64,000 nt of DNA from Isurus oxyrinchus (lineage: Eukaryota): assembly GCA_026770705.1 (NCBI GenBank), contig JANJGN010000010.1, forward strand, positions 154,814,001 to 154,878,000, in the 5' to 3' direction. Below are positions 49,612 through 63,824 of the stretch, in pieces. Made by a program: the position numbers and the translations under genes. Every line of letters begins with the position of its first letter. Position 1 is the stretch's first letter. Below the pieces are notes generated by a model, which searched no databases, was not told the origin of the DNA, and saw only the letters and a program-made list of their open reading frames with translations.

Positions 49612-51453
49612 ATGTGTAAAATCAGCCGAGCACAGGACACTTGGGAACTTGGACATCATTGTACACACAAAATGTTGCAGTTAATGCAAAGTACACAGAA
49701 GGAAAGCACTGAGTAGAATAGTATGTGTGTGTGAAAGAGGGGTGTACCATTGCCCCACCCATCCCCCTGCCACCTTTAAACCCTCAAGTTAAATGCAGCC
49801 CCATGTGTAAAATCAGCTGAACATAGGAGCTGATTTGATTGTGATCCTCCCTCACAATTAAAATGGATTGCCAGCATTACCATTATAAATGGCGCCTCGA
49901 GCAAAACACCAGGAAATTATCTACGCTACCTGACCCTAAAAAGCAGTCAATGCCTTTGCAGCTGAGATGTGCGATAATTAACACACAGCAGAATAAAACA
50001 ATGGCTACAGTTCTAGACTAAATGCCAGTTTCACTCAGAGAAGCGACAGGATGCCTGGCATGCAAATGTTGGGGTACCCCTCTGACAATGCTGTAAGATA
50101 CATTGTTGGGGGTAGAGTGAGTTTTATCTTTCATTGAATTGTTCTGCACTGGACCTGGGACTGCTGATGCTAGGCATTGGGTGTCTGAAATGGAAAGTGT
50201 TCCGAGCAACAACATCCTTTACTTTGATGAGCACCAAATTCATAGTGGATAAGGGTTTTTTTAAAAAAGCACAAATGCAGCTGGAGGATTATGGTTCAGA
50301 CTTATCTAATACATGTAGATTGGAGGCATGGCTAAAGTTTAAACCACCAAAGTCAATTAAAGTCCTCAGACTGTAATTTATTCTCCTCTGCTGTCTCTTT
50401 CCCTCTCACACCACCTGCTGACAGTCTACAACAATGCATTGCAGCTTTATAAAACTAGAACTATCTAAATGAACTACTGGTTTGAAATCAAATTGTAAAT
50501 ACTTCTGATGCTGAGCATGCCAGTCGACTGGTAGATGATACTCCCTTTGGTTCAATACATGACTGGTAAATTAGAATTGGTGATGGCTCACTTCTCTCTC
50601 ACGCACACATACTATTCTACTCGGTGCTTTCCTTCTGTGTACTTTCCATTAACTGCAACATTTTAAGTGTACAATGATGTCCAAGTACCCAAGTGTACGC
50701 CTTGAGGCAACTTCTTAACATTTGAGCATGGCAACAGGGCCAAGCCACAGGCCATATGCAACTGTTCTACCAAAATATACTAGATGTATTCCAGCTACGC
50801 CCAAGTCAAATCAAATCATCTCAAAGTTATCACATACATCTGTATAAAATAGAATCATTTGACTATCACTCGGAACCAGTCATGCACCAAGAACTGGTAC
50901 AAACAATATGCAAAGCCACTCACTAACATTATTAATGAGCTTTTGTTCTAGCAGGCATAACTAAACTATTTGTTTGTAGCTTTTTACACTGGGAACAGTT
51001 ACTGCTTCAGACCTTTGTGTATGGAATCGCTATAGAGAAACCCCTTGGGTAGATTTTAGGATAAGTACTCCCTGCTTGTTTGGGACTGCGCATTAAAGGT
51101 CAGCATGCTCAACACAGCAGTCTAATTTTGTTAAAGTTATTTTCTCACACTGAAAAAATGTTATATATTATCTGGTATTATAGTTATGTAACTTTGAATT
51201 AACAAGAGAAGAATGTAGTTTCTGCCATTAAGGTTAATCATGATGGTCACACGCAAATGTGTCACATGAAGCTCTGTGCCAGCAGCACTACTTCATACAA
51301 TTCCATCTGCCATTTCACAAATTCTGTCACAAAATACTCCTTCAGTGAGAGAATCTATTTACCAAAATATTCTTCAACTACAGCAAGCTTTTTGTTTTGC
51401 ACTTAAAATTACAGGCAGCTCTGTGGGAGTCATTCTGCAAGCAAAGTAGCTTA

Positions 51454-51741
<288 letters not shown>

Positions 51742-51849
51742 CTACTTCCATTCTCTTCGATCTGAAACCTTCCCCCAATCTTCACCACACCCCATGCCAG
51801 GCTTCTCCAAAGTTTCTCGTTTCAGCCTTCAGAGTCCAACTCACCCAAA

Positions 51850-51940
51850 ACTGATCAAAGATGATCAACCTGAAAGATTATTTCTCTCTCCAGATGTTGT
51901 CAAATCTGCTGAGCTTTTGAGCATTTTCTGTTTTTATTTC
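51850..51940 (+). repeat. Short degenerate Penelope 3' terminus (decayed hammerhead)
   Basis: ctgatca…acctgaaa…tctctccagatg…ctgctgagc…agcattttctgtttttatttc. Similar piece at 55199-55295. Confidence 0.55.
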
Positions 51941-54204
51941 ATCCAAATTCCTGCCACCTAAATTTTATCCAGGAGTAAGTCCCACTCACTTGTCACCTGC
52001 ATTCTCACCAGCCTCCTTGTGCCCCAAAGCTTTGACTTTGAAACTCTCACCCTGGTTTACAAAACATTCCACAGTGTTCACCCGAATTCTGCAAGCTCAT
52101 CTAGACCTGTGTTTCAGCTTACACCCTTTGTATTTCAAATTCAGACCTCAGATACACAGTCCTCTGCTTCTGAATGACAGAACCTTCATTCATCATGGCT
52201 CTGTACTCTGGAATTGGCTTGCTAATGCCCTACGTCATGTCACATCTCTCCCCAGTGTCAAAGGAACTCTCAGAACCCACCCCTTTGACCACAGCTTTGA
52301 TTGCCACCCCTAAATCTTACCCCACCATCTGCTCAGTGTTCAATTTTCCTCATAAAGCTCCTCGGGTTTCCCTTTTGTTTTAAGGTGCTATATAATGGTA
52401 AGGTGTTATTGCATCTAAGCCATTTTTCTCCCATGGTATGAGGGCCTTCAGCAGCAATTAAAATAGATTTCCATCAGAAAATTCATGTTTATTGAAGAGA
52501 TGACTGAATTAGGATCCTCAAGGCTGTTTTTGCTGTTTATATATTTGCAATTCCCTCCGCACCCCCACCCACCGGCCAACCAAAACACATGTTGCCCAGT
52601 AATTTTTCTGCTGATTCAGGCCTCATAGCAGTAAGCACTGATTCGAGATGTTCTAACCCCAAACACTCTTACCCATGTTTGCCATTAACATGCATGCAGC
52701 CAGCAGAACAGTGTTATAATATTACCCCTCAAATGTTTCAGAGGACAGAAATGTAACAGGCCTGGTACAGATTCAGCATGCTCCCCCTCAACAAGGTTAC
52801 GTTTGTTGATGCATCTCACCACCAAGATATTCAGACACAGTGGTTGATCCAAGAGGCCATTCTTGGTGTCCACATTTTCACTGTGTGGTCCATTTGAGGT
52901 AGTTCTCCTCAAATTATGCAGTTATCAACGTGGCTGCTGCAAAGTCTTAACTGCAGTCATTATTGCAAACTGAGACACCGGGTGTGAGAATTTCAGCTTT
53001 TCATTTATACATACCATAAGTTGGAAAGGCCTCAACAATCCACCTGTGAAATCACAGGTGTGTAATAATTCTTGTCAATTCATGTCTTTCAATTTGAATG
53101 TTCTATATATTTTCTTCCCCTTCTCTTCTCCTGTAGCTTCCTTTCAGCACAAGCCTTCCTTTGCAGAGAAAACAAGATGAAAACTTACCCCCACCCACCA
53201 TTTTCCCCATGCTGTCACTCAACTAGTTACTAGACATGCTTGATTTGTTGCCTGGACCAACTGATCCTTAGTGTTTGCTCCCTCCATATGGGGAGAAGTG
53301 CCCTGGCCTTGAAACAGTACTCTCCAAAAGTAGTCACAGTTCAGCTTCAAAGCTCACCACGTGGGATATTGTCATTATCCCATCACTGCATGGCACCCAC
53401 TGAATCTATCACATTTTAAACATTGATGTCCAATCATATTCCAATTTCACTGAGTACAAAGGTGGAGGAAGGATTTTCCATTTACCATATAGGAAAATAG
53501 TGCATAACTTCAAAATAAATGTGCCTATTCACCATTATTAGGACTTTCAGGTTCAATAAAACTTCTGGTTTCCAAGAACAGTGTTGAATAGAAAGCTTGC
53601 CAAAAATCTGCACACAACCTGGTGATCTGAATCTGTATAATACCATATATGGTGAAAATTATTGCAGTCCATTCCAATTAGGACCAGTTGTTCTTTCTGT
53701 TTGCATCCGATTTACTGAGTCTCCCCATGCTGTGCCTAGGCAAAAATTTATGCCAACTGCAGTAACAGGAAAATCTGCCCTGTGGTGTCCCCTCTGCACA
53801 AAATAGACCTAAACTTCAACAATCTTCTCAGTACATCGTACAAATAAAAATAACTTCATGAAAGAAAACAAAATGTAAGTGAGTGAACTTTAAGATGAAG
53901 CATAATCTCGTTTAGGGGTTAAGAGCTATAAAATGGCCCACTTGGTTTTATCTGAACCCCTCATTCTAATGACACCTTTCAGCTCTCAAGTTCCAAGTAT
54001 TCTTTATTTAACTGGACTTAGCTTGCCCTGGACAATGGAGCTATGTAAGCCACATGTGGGGCTTCTCATTTAGGAACGCAGCTAATTGAAGGGGATTACA
54101 CTGATTTGGGATGTTATTACTGCAGATTTGAAATCAAGTAATCATTTGCTGTTGATTACAGAGGAAATCCTCTGCCTGGCTATTTAAAGGTCATTTCATA
54201 CTCA

Positions 54205-54504
<300 letters not shown>

Positions 54505-55984
54505 TTAGCGCATGAAAATTTCCCTGGTTACATAGGCGATGTATGAGTAGAGAAATTAGCATATGGAAAATGTACCAGTTAGACTCTGCCGCTGTAACAA
54601 GCAGTTTTATAAAACCTGAAGCAATCAAATCTCAAATCATCTGATTCAACTGTAGGGATATGCTATTTTCTGTGCACTTCAAGATTCACAGCTAGCTCAA
54701 GCAAAATATTTCAGAAGTATGAAACTAAACTGTCTCTCCTCCCCCCCAAGAAAATCACAGCTCATTTTATCTCACATTACAACTCATTGGATATTTTATA
54801 TGTAGTATGTGCACTCGAGTCACAGAGGCTATTTTCAATTACCAAACACGTTAGAATGTAAATTAAAGCCCCCCTGTTTTCATTTTTGACTCTCCAGCGA
54901 TTTAAAGACCAAGTGTTTTGAAACTTGCTCTTTTAAATCACTTGTGGTACAGCTTGGAACTTGCCAGGCTCTTTCAGAAAGCAATGGCACCTCCCTCCCT
55001 CAACCAATGCTGTCCATCTGCAGCCCTGCAGCAAATGATAAAGGTGAGAACATTGGAAAGTGAAATAAATACCGTCAAATTTCTCAAGTACAAAATCAAC
55101 TACAAATGCTGGAACACTGAATTAGTGAAGTGACCGTCGTTTCCCTTCACCTTTCCTCTCTAATTTTTCAACCTTACTAAAATACTTGTTCATGTTTTAG
55201 TTCTGAGAAACGAGTATGCACCCAAAATGTTAACTTGTCCTCTCACGTTACAGACTGATCTGCTGTGTGTTTCCAGCAATTTTTTGTTTTTTTAAAAAGT
55301 CTTAGATCAAGTTAGCTTGGCCATCATCTTCCATCAGCAAATAGAACCCTTCTGCATTACATCTACCTGACCAAAATAACACACCAGAGGCAAGGACCAG
55401 TGGTTTCAATGTAAATGCAAGGACTGGAACACCCAGCTTGATCAGTGTATGCATTTGCCTCATGAATGTAATTTATTTTTGTTTCATTTCAGCAGGATGC
55501 ACAGAAGGGAATCAGACTGAGGAGAGTGTCTACCTTCCTGCTCAAGTGTGCTTCTTTCTAATCAAGTATGCTAGTGCCCTTCAGGTGGACTTCTCCTGCC
55601 TTTCACACAGACGCAAGCATGGAAAATAAGACCAAGAAAGACATTCCAAGTGCAGAATACTAAAGTGAATGTGGCACAACATTATAAATCAGGATTTCAT
55701 AAACTGGATTTATAGTAGTATTATGCTGGAAATGATGTATCTGACATACAGATCTTCCAAATTTGGTCAGGATTAAAGGAACTTCAGGATAAGGCTATGG
55801 GCAACATAGCAGCCCACCTTACCTGGCTCCAGGTATACAAGTCTGTAGATGTAACGTATCCTTTTTAAAGCTCACTACATGGTGGATGCCTCTCAAGCAG
55901 CTCACCAGCTTTCTGACTTAGGCACTTTTCATCAATTAACCTTGGCTGTCAACTCTAGTGTCAGTGTGGCTCCCTCTCACATCT

Positions 55985-56360
55985 CATTCCAGAGACCTGA
56001 GCGCAACATCCAGGCAAACACTCCAGTTTATTACTGAGGGAGGATTGTGCTGTCAGATATGCCTTTTTTAGATGAGATATCTATCTGAAGTCCTGTTTGC
56101 TCTCTTAAGTGGTGTAAAAGATACGAAAGCACTATCCCGAAGAAGAACAAGAGAGCTCGGGTAAATATTTATCTCTCAATCAAAAACAGACTGTCTGGTC
56201 ATTAACACATTGCTGTTTGTGACAACTTGCTATGCTCAAATTGTTTGCTGCATTTCCTATGTTACAACAATGACTACACTTCAAAGTACTTAATTGGCTG
56301 TAAGGTACTTTGGGACATCATGAAGTCATGAAAGGCAATTTATCAAAGCAAATCTCTATT
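55985..56360 (+). mobile_element. Deu-domain SINE (SacSINE1/AmnSINE1-like)
   Basis: tactgagggag…gatgaga…gtaaaagat…gcactat…gaagaaga…ctggtcatta…cattgctgtttgtg…gcatttccta…acaacaatgactacacttcaaagtacttaattggctgtaa…tttgggaca matches the Deu core as recalled. Confidence 0.75.
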
Positions 56361-56499
56361 ATTACTTCCTTCAGGGATCAGCAGGGAGAATGAGGTGTTG
56401 ACTGAAAATTAAATGCAGTATCTAGTCATAGACATGATGGGTTATTACATCCTTTTACCAGCTCCCCACCCACTACTCCCAAACATTGCAAGGTTATCC

Positions 56500-56850
56500 A
56501 ATGACTAGCTGAAGCTTACAGACTAGGTGCTTCCAGATTTTATCCCTGCTCTGCGCAGAATTGGTTGATCTTAGTCAGGGCAATGGTAGAGACACTAATG
56601 GGAGCAGAAAATTAGCCAGAATTTATGATGCTTATCACTATCCAGGAACTTCTGCCTGAAGTGAATCTTTCTAGACAACATGTGAGGTCAGAGTCAGTCC
56701 CAACTGAGCTGTCCCTAATGATTAAAAAGACTGCTGATTCTAGCTAGGCTCTTGTGGCTTCAGCAAGACACAGGAAGGCTCCTGGTGCCTGTGGAACAGT
56801 ACCCAGCAGAGAGTCAACACCTTCAAGAAGAATGGGGAGGGGAAGAAATG
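56500..56850 (+). mobile_element. AmnSINE2/UCON3-like ancient SINE
   Basis: …aaaattagccag…tcactatccag…gtgagg…cctgtggaacagtacccagcagagagtcaacaccttcaagaagaatggggagg resembles the consensus as recalled. Confidence 0.55.
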
Positions 56851-58129
56851 ACTAAGGGAAAACATTTTTTAAAAATAAGTGTACTTTTTTAGGCAAATAC
56901 ATGTGGGTAAAATTTACTCCTTGATATGCCTTCAAAATTGATCAGTGCTCCTTTAAGGCGCTCTTTTACAAAACACCAAAAAGGCTAGTGCAAATGAAGA
57001 AGAGCATGTGCAAGTCTCAATGGTGTAAGCAAAGGTCCAAAGTTTACTACAAAGAATAAGTAGGTAGACAAATTCAGAGAAAAGGCTGATCAGAACATTA
57101 CAAAGGATTTATGCAGAACCAAGCTTAGTCTAATTTAATGTATGTATCTGCAGCACAGCTTTTAAGAGTAAGGTTACTACAATCGGAAACACTGGCATTG
57201 TGCCAACAAGGAGGTTAATAGTGCCCATATGTTGTCCAACCACAGAAATTTTCTGAACCCAAGTACCAGTTATTTCTGGGAAATATTCTTAAACACACAT
57301 TAGCAATTAGTGCTAAATTGGTCATACTCAGACTATCCCTCCAGGGGCCCATCAGTTACATTTGGGTTTAATCTTGGCAATGGGGATTATTTTACAGCAC
57401 TGGAAAGGTGCAGCTTCTCAGGATGTTAGATAATGGATAAATACGTTGATTGATGTACAAAAAGTAGAAAGCCCCGAGTCACGAGGGAACGGCTGTTATG
57501 TATCAGATTCTGTGAAAGCTGAAGGAAGAAACAAAGAAAAGGAAAAGAAAGAGAGAAAGCTAAAAAACGTTTCCTTTATATAATGCCTTATATTGCAATG
57601 TCTCAAAATGCTTTATACAATTAATTACTCTGGAATGTAGTCATTATTGTAACTTGGGAAGAGCTCAGAGTCACTGCAAATTTTTCTCAAGAAACTGAAG
57701 ATTAAAAATGCTCGAATAAAAAAAACTACAGTGATAAAATAAAAAGGCGGCATGATTTGGAGTAGGTCCATAGTCTGTACACTTGAGGTTCAAGGAATAT
57801 GGGAAACTTAATGAAACTGATTTAAGATCCAAAATAATAGGAAAGAATGAGGAAAAGATAAATATCCAGAAGTCTATCCTCTTAGGTTTATGTAAAACGT
57901 ACCGCATAAATTTTGGAGAACTGTAATAGAAGTTTTGTACTAAAATAAACCTTTTCTGGTTTATACAGAGATTATACCAATTAAGACACATCATGTAGTT
58001 TGACATATTTCTCTGTAGCTGCATCAACAATTTAAAGAAAGCAATTTTCATAAAGAACCGAAAAGATGTTTTGGCAATGTTTTTAAATCTATTTATTCTT
58101 CCTCATTCAACTTTTCCCATTTTACTTGG

Positions 58130-58760
58130 GGTGGCTACAATGCTGGTTGATCACCCTTGTTCTTCTCCTCCTGTCAGTCACCTATTTCTCTTCCAATCCT
58201 ACTACAATTAAATGTCTTGCCATCGCATCTTTCCATCTGATCTTAGGCCTTCCTCTTCCTGGCAATCCCATCTCCATTATTCGCATCACCACATTTCCTC
58301 TCTCTTTCCTCAACAGATGACCATCCCATTTCAATCTCTTCTTGGCTACTTTCTTCGATGCTCCCACAATCTTCACTGACCCCTGATGTGCTGGTTCCTG
58401 ATTTTGTCTCTCTCATTACTCTACACATCCATCCCAGCATCCACATCTCATTGGTATCCAGTTATTGTTCCTCTCTTCTTGATGGTGCCCATGTTTCTGC
58501 ACTATATAACAAGGCCAGTCTCTCAACTGTCTTGTAGATTCCTCTTTCAGTTTCAGCGATACTTTTCTATCTTTTCTTACATAACACTCCACTGCACTTC
58601 TTCCAATTACTCCAACCAGACCTAATCCATTGCTTAGTTTCAATTTCTTTACTTCCATCTTCTGCCACCGCTGATCCCAAGTGCTGGAAACCACTCACTT
58701 TCTCCAAATCTTCACCCATACATAATAATATTTACACTTTCACTCTGAAATCAGAACAGC
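58130..58760 (-). mobile_element. RTE-clade LINE 3' fragment
   Basis: EMWMLGWMCRV…KKRLKWDGHLLRK…GRGRPKIRWKD is the RTE ORF C-terminal signature. Confidence 0.75.
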
Positions 58761-59119
58761 AATGAAATCTATCTACAAATCTATTATTTGTAAATGCACA
58801 AATGGAACAATAAACATTAAAAATACAAACTATAAAGTAAAGTAGTAAAGTATCAAGGAGTGTTGGCAAAATAAACAAGTATAGAAATTGAATGGTAATG
58901 TGTGTCTCTTCAGGTGTTAACCAGGTCTAAGTCTCCAGGAAATACACGGAATCTGCATCATCTGTCATATTGGTGTAGGCACGAAAGCGAAATCCAAGAC
59001 CCTCAAACATGGGACCAAGGCTTGTTGAGGCTACCTCTGCAATTTTGCTTTGCCCTGAGGCATTCGGGAAAGAGCACGTTTACATGCAGTCCTTGCAGGC
59101 TGGGATTACTGCAAACTGC

Positions 59120-59885
59120 AGCGATGACTGAGATTCATTCCCCATGATATCAAGGAACAGCTGAAGATACTGGATACTGAAAAGGCTATAGGCCCTCACA
59201 ACTTTCCGGCAGTACTGAAGACTTGTGCTCCAGAACTAGCCATGCCCCTAGTCAAAACAAAAACAGAATTACCTGGAAAAACTCAGCAGGTCTGGCAGCA
59301 TCGGCGGAGAAGAAAAGAGTTGACGTTTCGAGTCCTCATGACCCTTCAACAGAACCCAATGCTCCTAGCCAAACTGCTCCAGTACAGCAACAACGTTGGC
59401 ATCTACCTGGCAATGTGGAAAATTGCCCAGGTACATCCTGTACATAAAAAGCAGGACAAACCCAACCCAGCATATTACTGGCCCATCAGTCTACTCTCGA
59501 TCATCAGCAAAGTGATCGAAGGGTTATCGACAGTGCTATCATGTGGCACTTACTCAGCAATAACCTGCTCACTGATGCTAAGTTTGGGTTCCTCCAGGGC
59601 CACTTAGCTCCTGACCTCATTACAGCCTTGGTCAAAAGAACCGAACTCAAGAGGTGAAGTAAGAGTGACTGCCCTTGACATCAAGGCAGCATTTGACCAA
59701 GTGTGGCATCAAGGAGCCCTAGAAAAGCTGAAGTCAGTGGGAATAAGGGGAAAAAATATTGACTGGTTGGAATCATACCTAGCACAATGGAAGATGGTTG
59801 TGGATGTTGGAGGTCAATCATCTCAGGCCCAGGACATCACTACAGGAGTTCCTCAGATTAGCGTCCAAGACTCAACGGTCTTCAC
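59120..59885 (+). mobile_element. L2/CR1-group LINE internal RT fragment (8072-9227 family)
   Basis: WKIAQVHPVHKKQDKPNPAYYWPISLLSIISKVIE and ALDIKAAFDQVWH…GVPQ. Confidence 0.85.
59257..59356 (-). mobile_element. ~100-bp Penelope terminus insertion (hammerhead at 59318-59355 plus 3' end)
   Basis: Flanked by ccatgcccctagtcaaa (59240-56) and caatgctcctagccaaa (59357-73). Confidence 0.85.
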
Positions 59886-59889
59886 ACAT

Positions 59890-60412
59890 GAGTCAGAAGC
59901 GTGCCCACTGACAATTAAGAGGCCTATTAAGGCCATTAAAGTAGTAATTAACTAAGATTTTTTGTTGCCCATCCAATGTTACGGTTGGCGGGGGAGCGAA
60001 CCAGCCAGGTGGCCTTTGCATTTTTCAGGAAACCTCATCCACAGTCAGGATGATGTTTCTGTTATTAAATATTTTTTAAAATAAAAATGTACGGATAGAA
60101 TTTTCATCGCCTATATGTTCTGATGACTGATTCTGATGCGTGGGCATTTTTCCCAGTCTTTAAAATCTTTATATTTTGCATTCAAATTTTTCAGCTCCCT
60201 GAGGCAGCTCTCTGCCTTCAGGGAGCTTTCGTTCCATGCTCCCCTGTGCCCGTGCTGACTTCGGCTCTCGCCCTCCTCCCACTCCTGCCCCCGCTGAGCC
60301 GTTCAGCATGCCTTTCATGCTGGCTGGTTGTTAATTGGCCAGCCAGTGTGAAATCACGGTCGGGGGTCTATTCCTTGGCCGCTCTCGGGCTCGCCGATCT
60401 AAAAATCCTGCT
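59890..60412. mobile_element. Probable Harbinger-type MITE fragment
   Basis: GC-rich; ends in aaaaatcctgc like the other Harbinger-type termini. Left end not found. Confidence 0.4.
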
Positions 60413-60879
60413 CCTTGTGATTTTTGAAATAAAGCGGACAGTTACTTACTGAAATTAAGGTTATACCCTATAAAATCCAGAAACATTAGTAATGGCAACA
60501 TGCAGTCCCTGCTGTGACTCATGCAACTTCTTTCCCATTTTGTACAAAAAGCTCTTCACTCTCTTTCTGTACAGACAGGCAGCACCAACAGAGTGTGGAC
60601 CAGTAGTTTCCTGCTTCACCTAGCTGAATGAAGGGGGAGGTGATGCTGAGCATCCAGCTCATAATACTCATGGATTTTGTGAAGACCGTTGTAATTGTTT
60701 ATTATTTAAAGTGCATTATTTACTATTTCTGAAGTTACTTTGCTGATTGAACAATATTTACTGACATTCCATCTTTGATCAGAAAAAGCATGGAGTTGCT
60801 TCCGATCGATTTCACCCAGGTAGCTGACCGAATTCAGAACTCAAACTGCAAATAAAGCGAAACTGTTTACAGCGGCAGG

Positions 60880-61155
60880 AAGGCTGGTAACCAGAGAACA
60901 CACACTTAAGATACTGGCAAAACAATCAGGCAGAATGAAGAAACTTTTTTTTCTACACACAGAGGTCATTGGAATACTCTCCCTCACAGGATGGTGGAAG
61001 CAGATTTTACTGTAACTTTCAGAAGGGAATTGGAAAATACTTGAAGTGAAAAGAAAATACAGGGCTGCAGGGAAAGGGCAGTGGGGGTGGGATTAATTCG
61101 ATGGCTCTACCAAAGGACTGGCACAGGTGCAATGGGCCAAATGGTCTCTGCCTCT
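60880..61155 (+). mobile_element. CR1 3' fragment
   Basis: Colinear with the joined pieces 11150-11296 and 14146-14260. Confidence 0.7.
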
Positions 61156-63824
61156 GCTGTATTATTCTTTGATTTAATTATATATGTTTCAATAATAATG
61201 GAACATTCAATTGGAGGAAAATAAAGAGGAAAAATGGATAAAGGCAATGGACAATAAAATAAAATAAATGAGGGAGGACTCAGCAATTTTGTTCTAGGTC
61301 AGTGTGACTCCTAAGTACTCACTAGAGAGATAGTTTTGGCAAATGCATGCAACTTTTGTGGCAAATTGTTGTGTACCTTACACAACATGATCACATCTAT
61401 AAGAAATATATAAATCACATGCTGCAGTTTGACGTGGTTGCAGCAGTATCAATTAGTTGGCTTTTTCTGCCTTGAAAGTTCAGTAGTTCTAAATGTCAAA
61501 ATAGATCCTCCCCTCATCCACCATCACCACCCCAACAACTCCCCACCCCCACCCTCTCCCCCACTCAATCTCATCATGGAAATTGACTGATAATTGAGGG
61601 TCTGCAAAATTTGGTCTGACATGTACAGTATGGGTATGGAAATAAGTACAATACTAACAAAGGAAACATTATGCAGTTTCAACGGCTGTGAAAATTCTAG
61701 CGTATAGTTGTGACACTGGGTAATTAGAGCATGGCTAATAGAGCTTTCACTATGTGTTAGTCTGGAAAAACAGGCTCTGGGAGGGGAGAGAAATGCCCAG
61801 GTCATAATTTTTAAAAATTCTAAGTTAGTAATTCAAGTTTCTAATTTTTCAATGTAATTATACATAATTTCCCATTTCCAGCCTGCATCCTTATCCAGCT
61901 TAGTAAAATTTCGACACTGAAATTAGCAGCTCCTTACATTATATCACCAACTAATGACCTTAATGAATTGCATCACAATTTAGAAACAATCATTCACTAA
62001 AAGTAAATGACTTGTTCACCACAAAAAACATGCATTCACTTGCTAGTAATATCCTTTTGACAAGAGTTCACCCTGAAATGGGAGTCAGACTGACCCAACA
62101 GAAACCCAGGTCTGCCTTCAAAGGATACTATTATGAGACTGCACATAATGGCACTGAGTGATGTTCCTGCCATGTTGCAACCATGTATTGGCTGCACAAC
62201 TTGGTGTGTGTTTTGTCTGTATTTATTTTAAAACAGATTGAGTAAGGAAGCTGGGTAAGCCCATGTGAATATTTTTTAAGCATTCTCTCTCTCTCTGGGT
62301 GTAAAATCACACCATCTCTCCTTCTGCATCTCAATGTCATACATCAGTACACATTTTCATTCCTATCTTTTTCCATCTCTATTATAAACCAATATCCTTG
62401 GGTGCTCAGCGTTGCACTTCATGTGAGTCTTGAAGCTTACAGCTACAACACCAATAACTTGCATTTTTACAGAATCTTTAATGTAGTAAAATATTCACAG
62501 AGGCATTATCAAACAAAGGTTGACACCAAGCCACATAAGGAGATATTAGGACAGGTGACAAAAAGCTTGGCCTAATGGGTAGGTTCTGAGGAGTATTGTC
62601 AAGGAAGAGAGAGAGGTAGCGAGGCGGAGAGGTTTAAGGAAGGAATTCCAGATCCCTGGGCCTAGGCAGCTGAAGGCTCGGCCACCAATGGTACAACAAT
62701 AAAAATCAGGGATGTGCAAAAGGCTGGAATTTGAGGAGCACAGAGATCTCAAGGAGGGCTGTAAAGGTTGGGAGAAGTTACAGAGAAATGGACAGGCTGG
62801 AAAGCAAAGATGAGAATTTTAAAATAGAGGAGCTGTTGTACCTGAAGTCAACAAAGGTCAGCAATCATAGGGTCAATGGGTGAATAGGACTTGGAGCAAG
62901 TTAAGATATTGGTAACAGAGTTTTGGATAATATACTAAAGGAATTACCATTGCAGCGCTGTCAAATAGGATGCTGAAAAAATGTGTGCAATCCTACAACT
63001 ACACGTAATTACAGGCTATATTTTAGATTTCAAAACCTTAACAAAGACTAGGTCTGAAGTTGAGCACGAATGCAACATCTTAATTACTGGTGCCATTCAG
63101 TACATTGAGAATAAAATCAGAGTATTGATGTAAAATGTTAAGATGGAGAATTAAAATGTTACAGCCTTGCAGTCATTTGTTTCTCATGAAAGGGATCATC
63201 CCACCTTATACTGGACCAACCAAAGAGTCCACTGCTCCAGTAGTTAATCAAAACAAGTTAAGGGGGACTCCTGCCTTCTCAAGCAACTTTTCTAGGTATG
63301 CTTAGTTCCAGGAAAACCCACATTATGCATTTCTGCCAGATCTGATTTTACTAGAAGCCTTTTTTAAAAATAAAGCCAGCATATATGATTAGTGATGGAA
63401 CTCCATGTTTCTGAACTCGCTTAACTGCCTCGTGTTTGATCTGCACAATTTAACTTTGGCCTCCCTTAAAAAAAATGTTTCACAGGTTTCTCTGGTCAGC
63501 ACTTGCAAAGTCACCTTTACAAGAACATTTATGGGAAAATGAATTATAACATAATTGAGCATTTTAAGCTCTTTGCCACAGGCAACAGCAGTTAAACAGT
63601 AACTTCTGTTTTTGTGAATATTTAATGTTATTTCATATGGGGAGGAATGAACCAATCTAAAATTAAACCTCATCATGGCAACAATTTAGTGGAAACCTAC
63701 ATGAAAGAGCAAAATCATTCATGTGCAAAGTAAAAAGTTCAGCATTTAATGCAATGACCCTTTGAACTCTGTAGAATTATAGCTTTATAGAAGATGAATC
63801 CAGTTTAATATCTTTGCTAAAATA

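Noticed and set aside
53041-53060. Perfect 9-bp inverted repeat with two E-boxes (CACCTGTGA-aa-TCACAGGTG)
   Set aside because: A hairpin this short is expected by chance in 64 kb, and there is no supporting evidence.
55815-55870. Strong minus-strand donor CAG|gtaagg as the upstream VPS53 exon
   Set aside because: No frame encodes the expected …FEPHLYVYIESQDK; the upstream exon appears to lie beyond the window.
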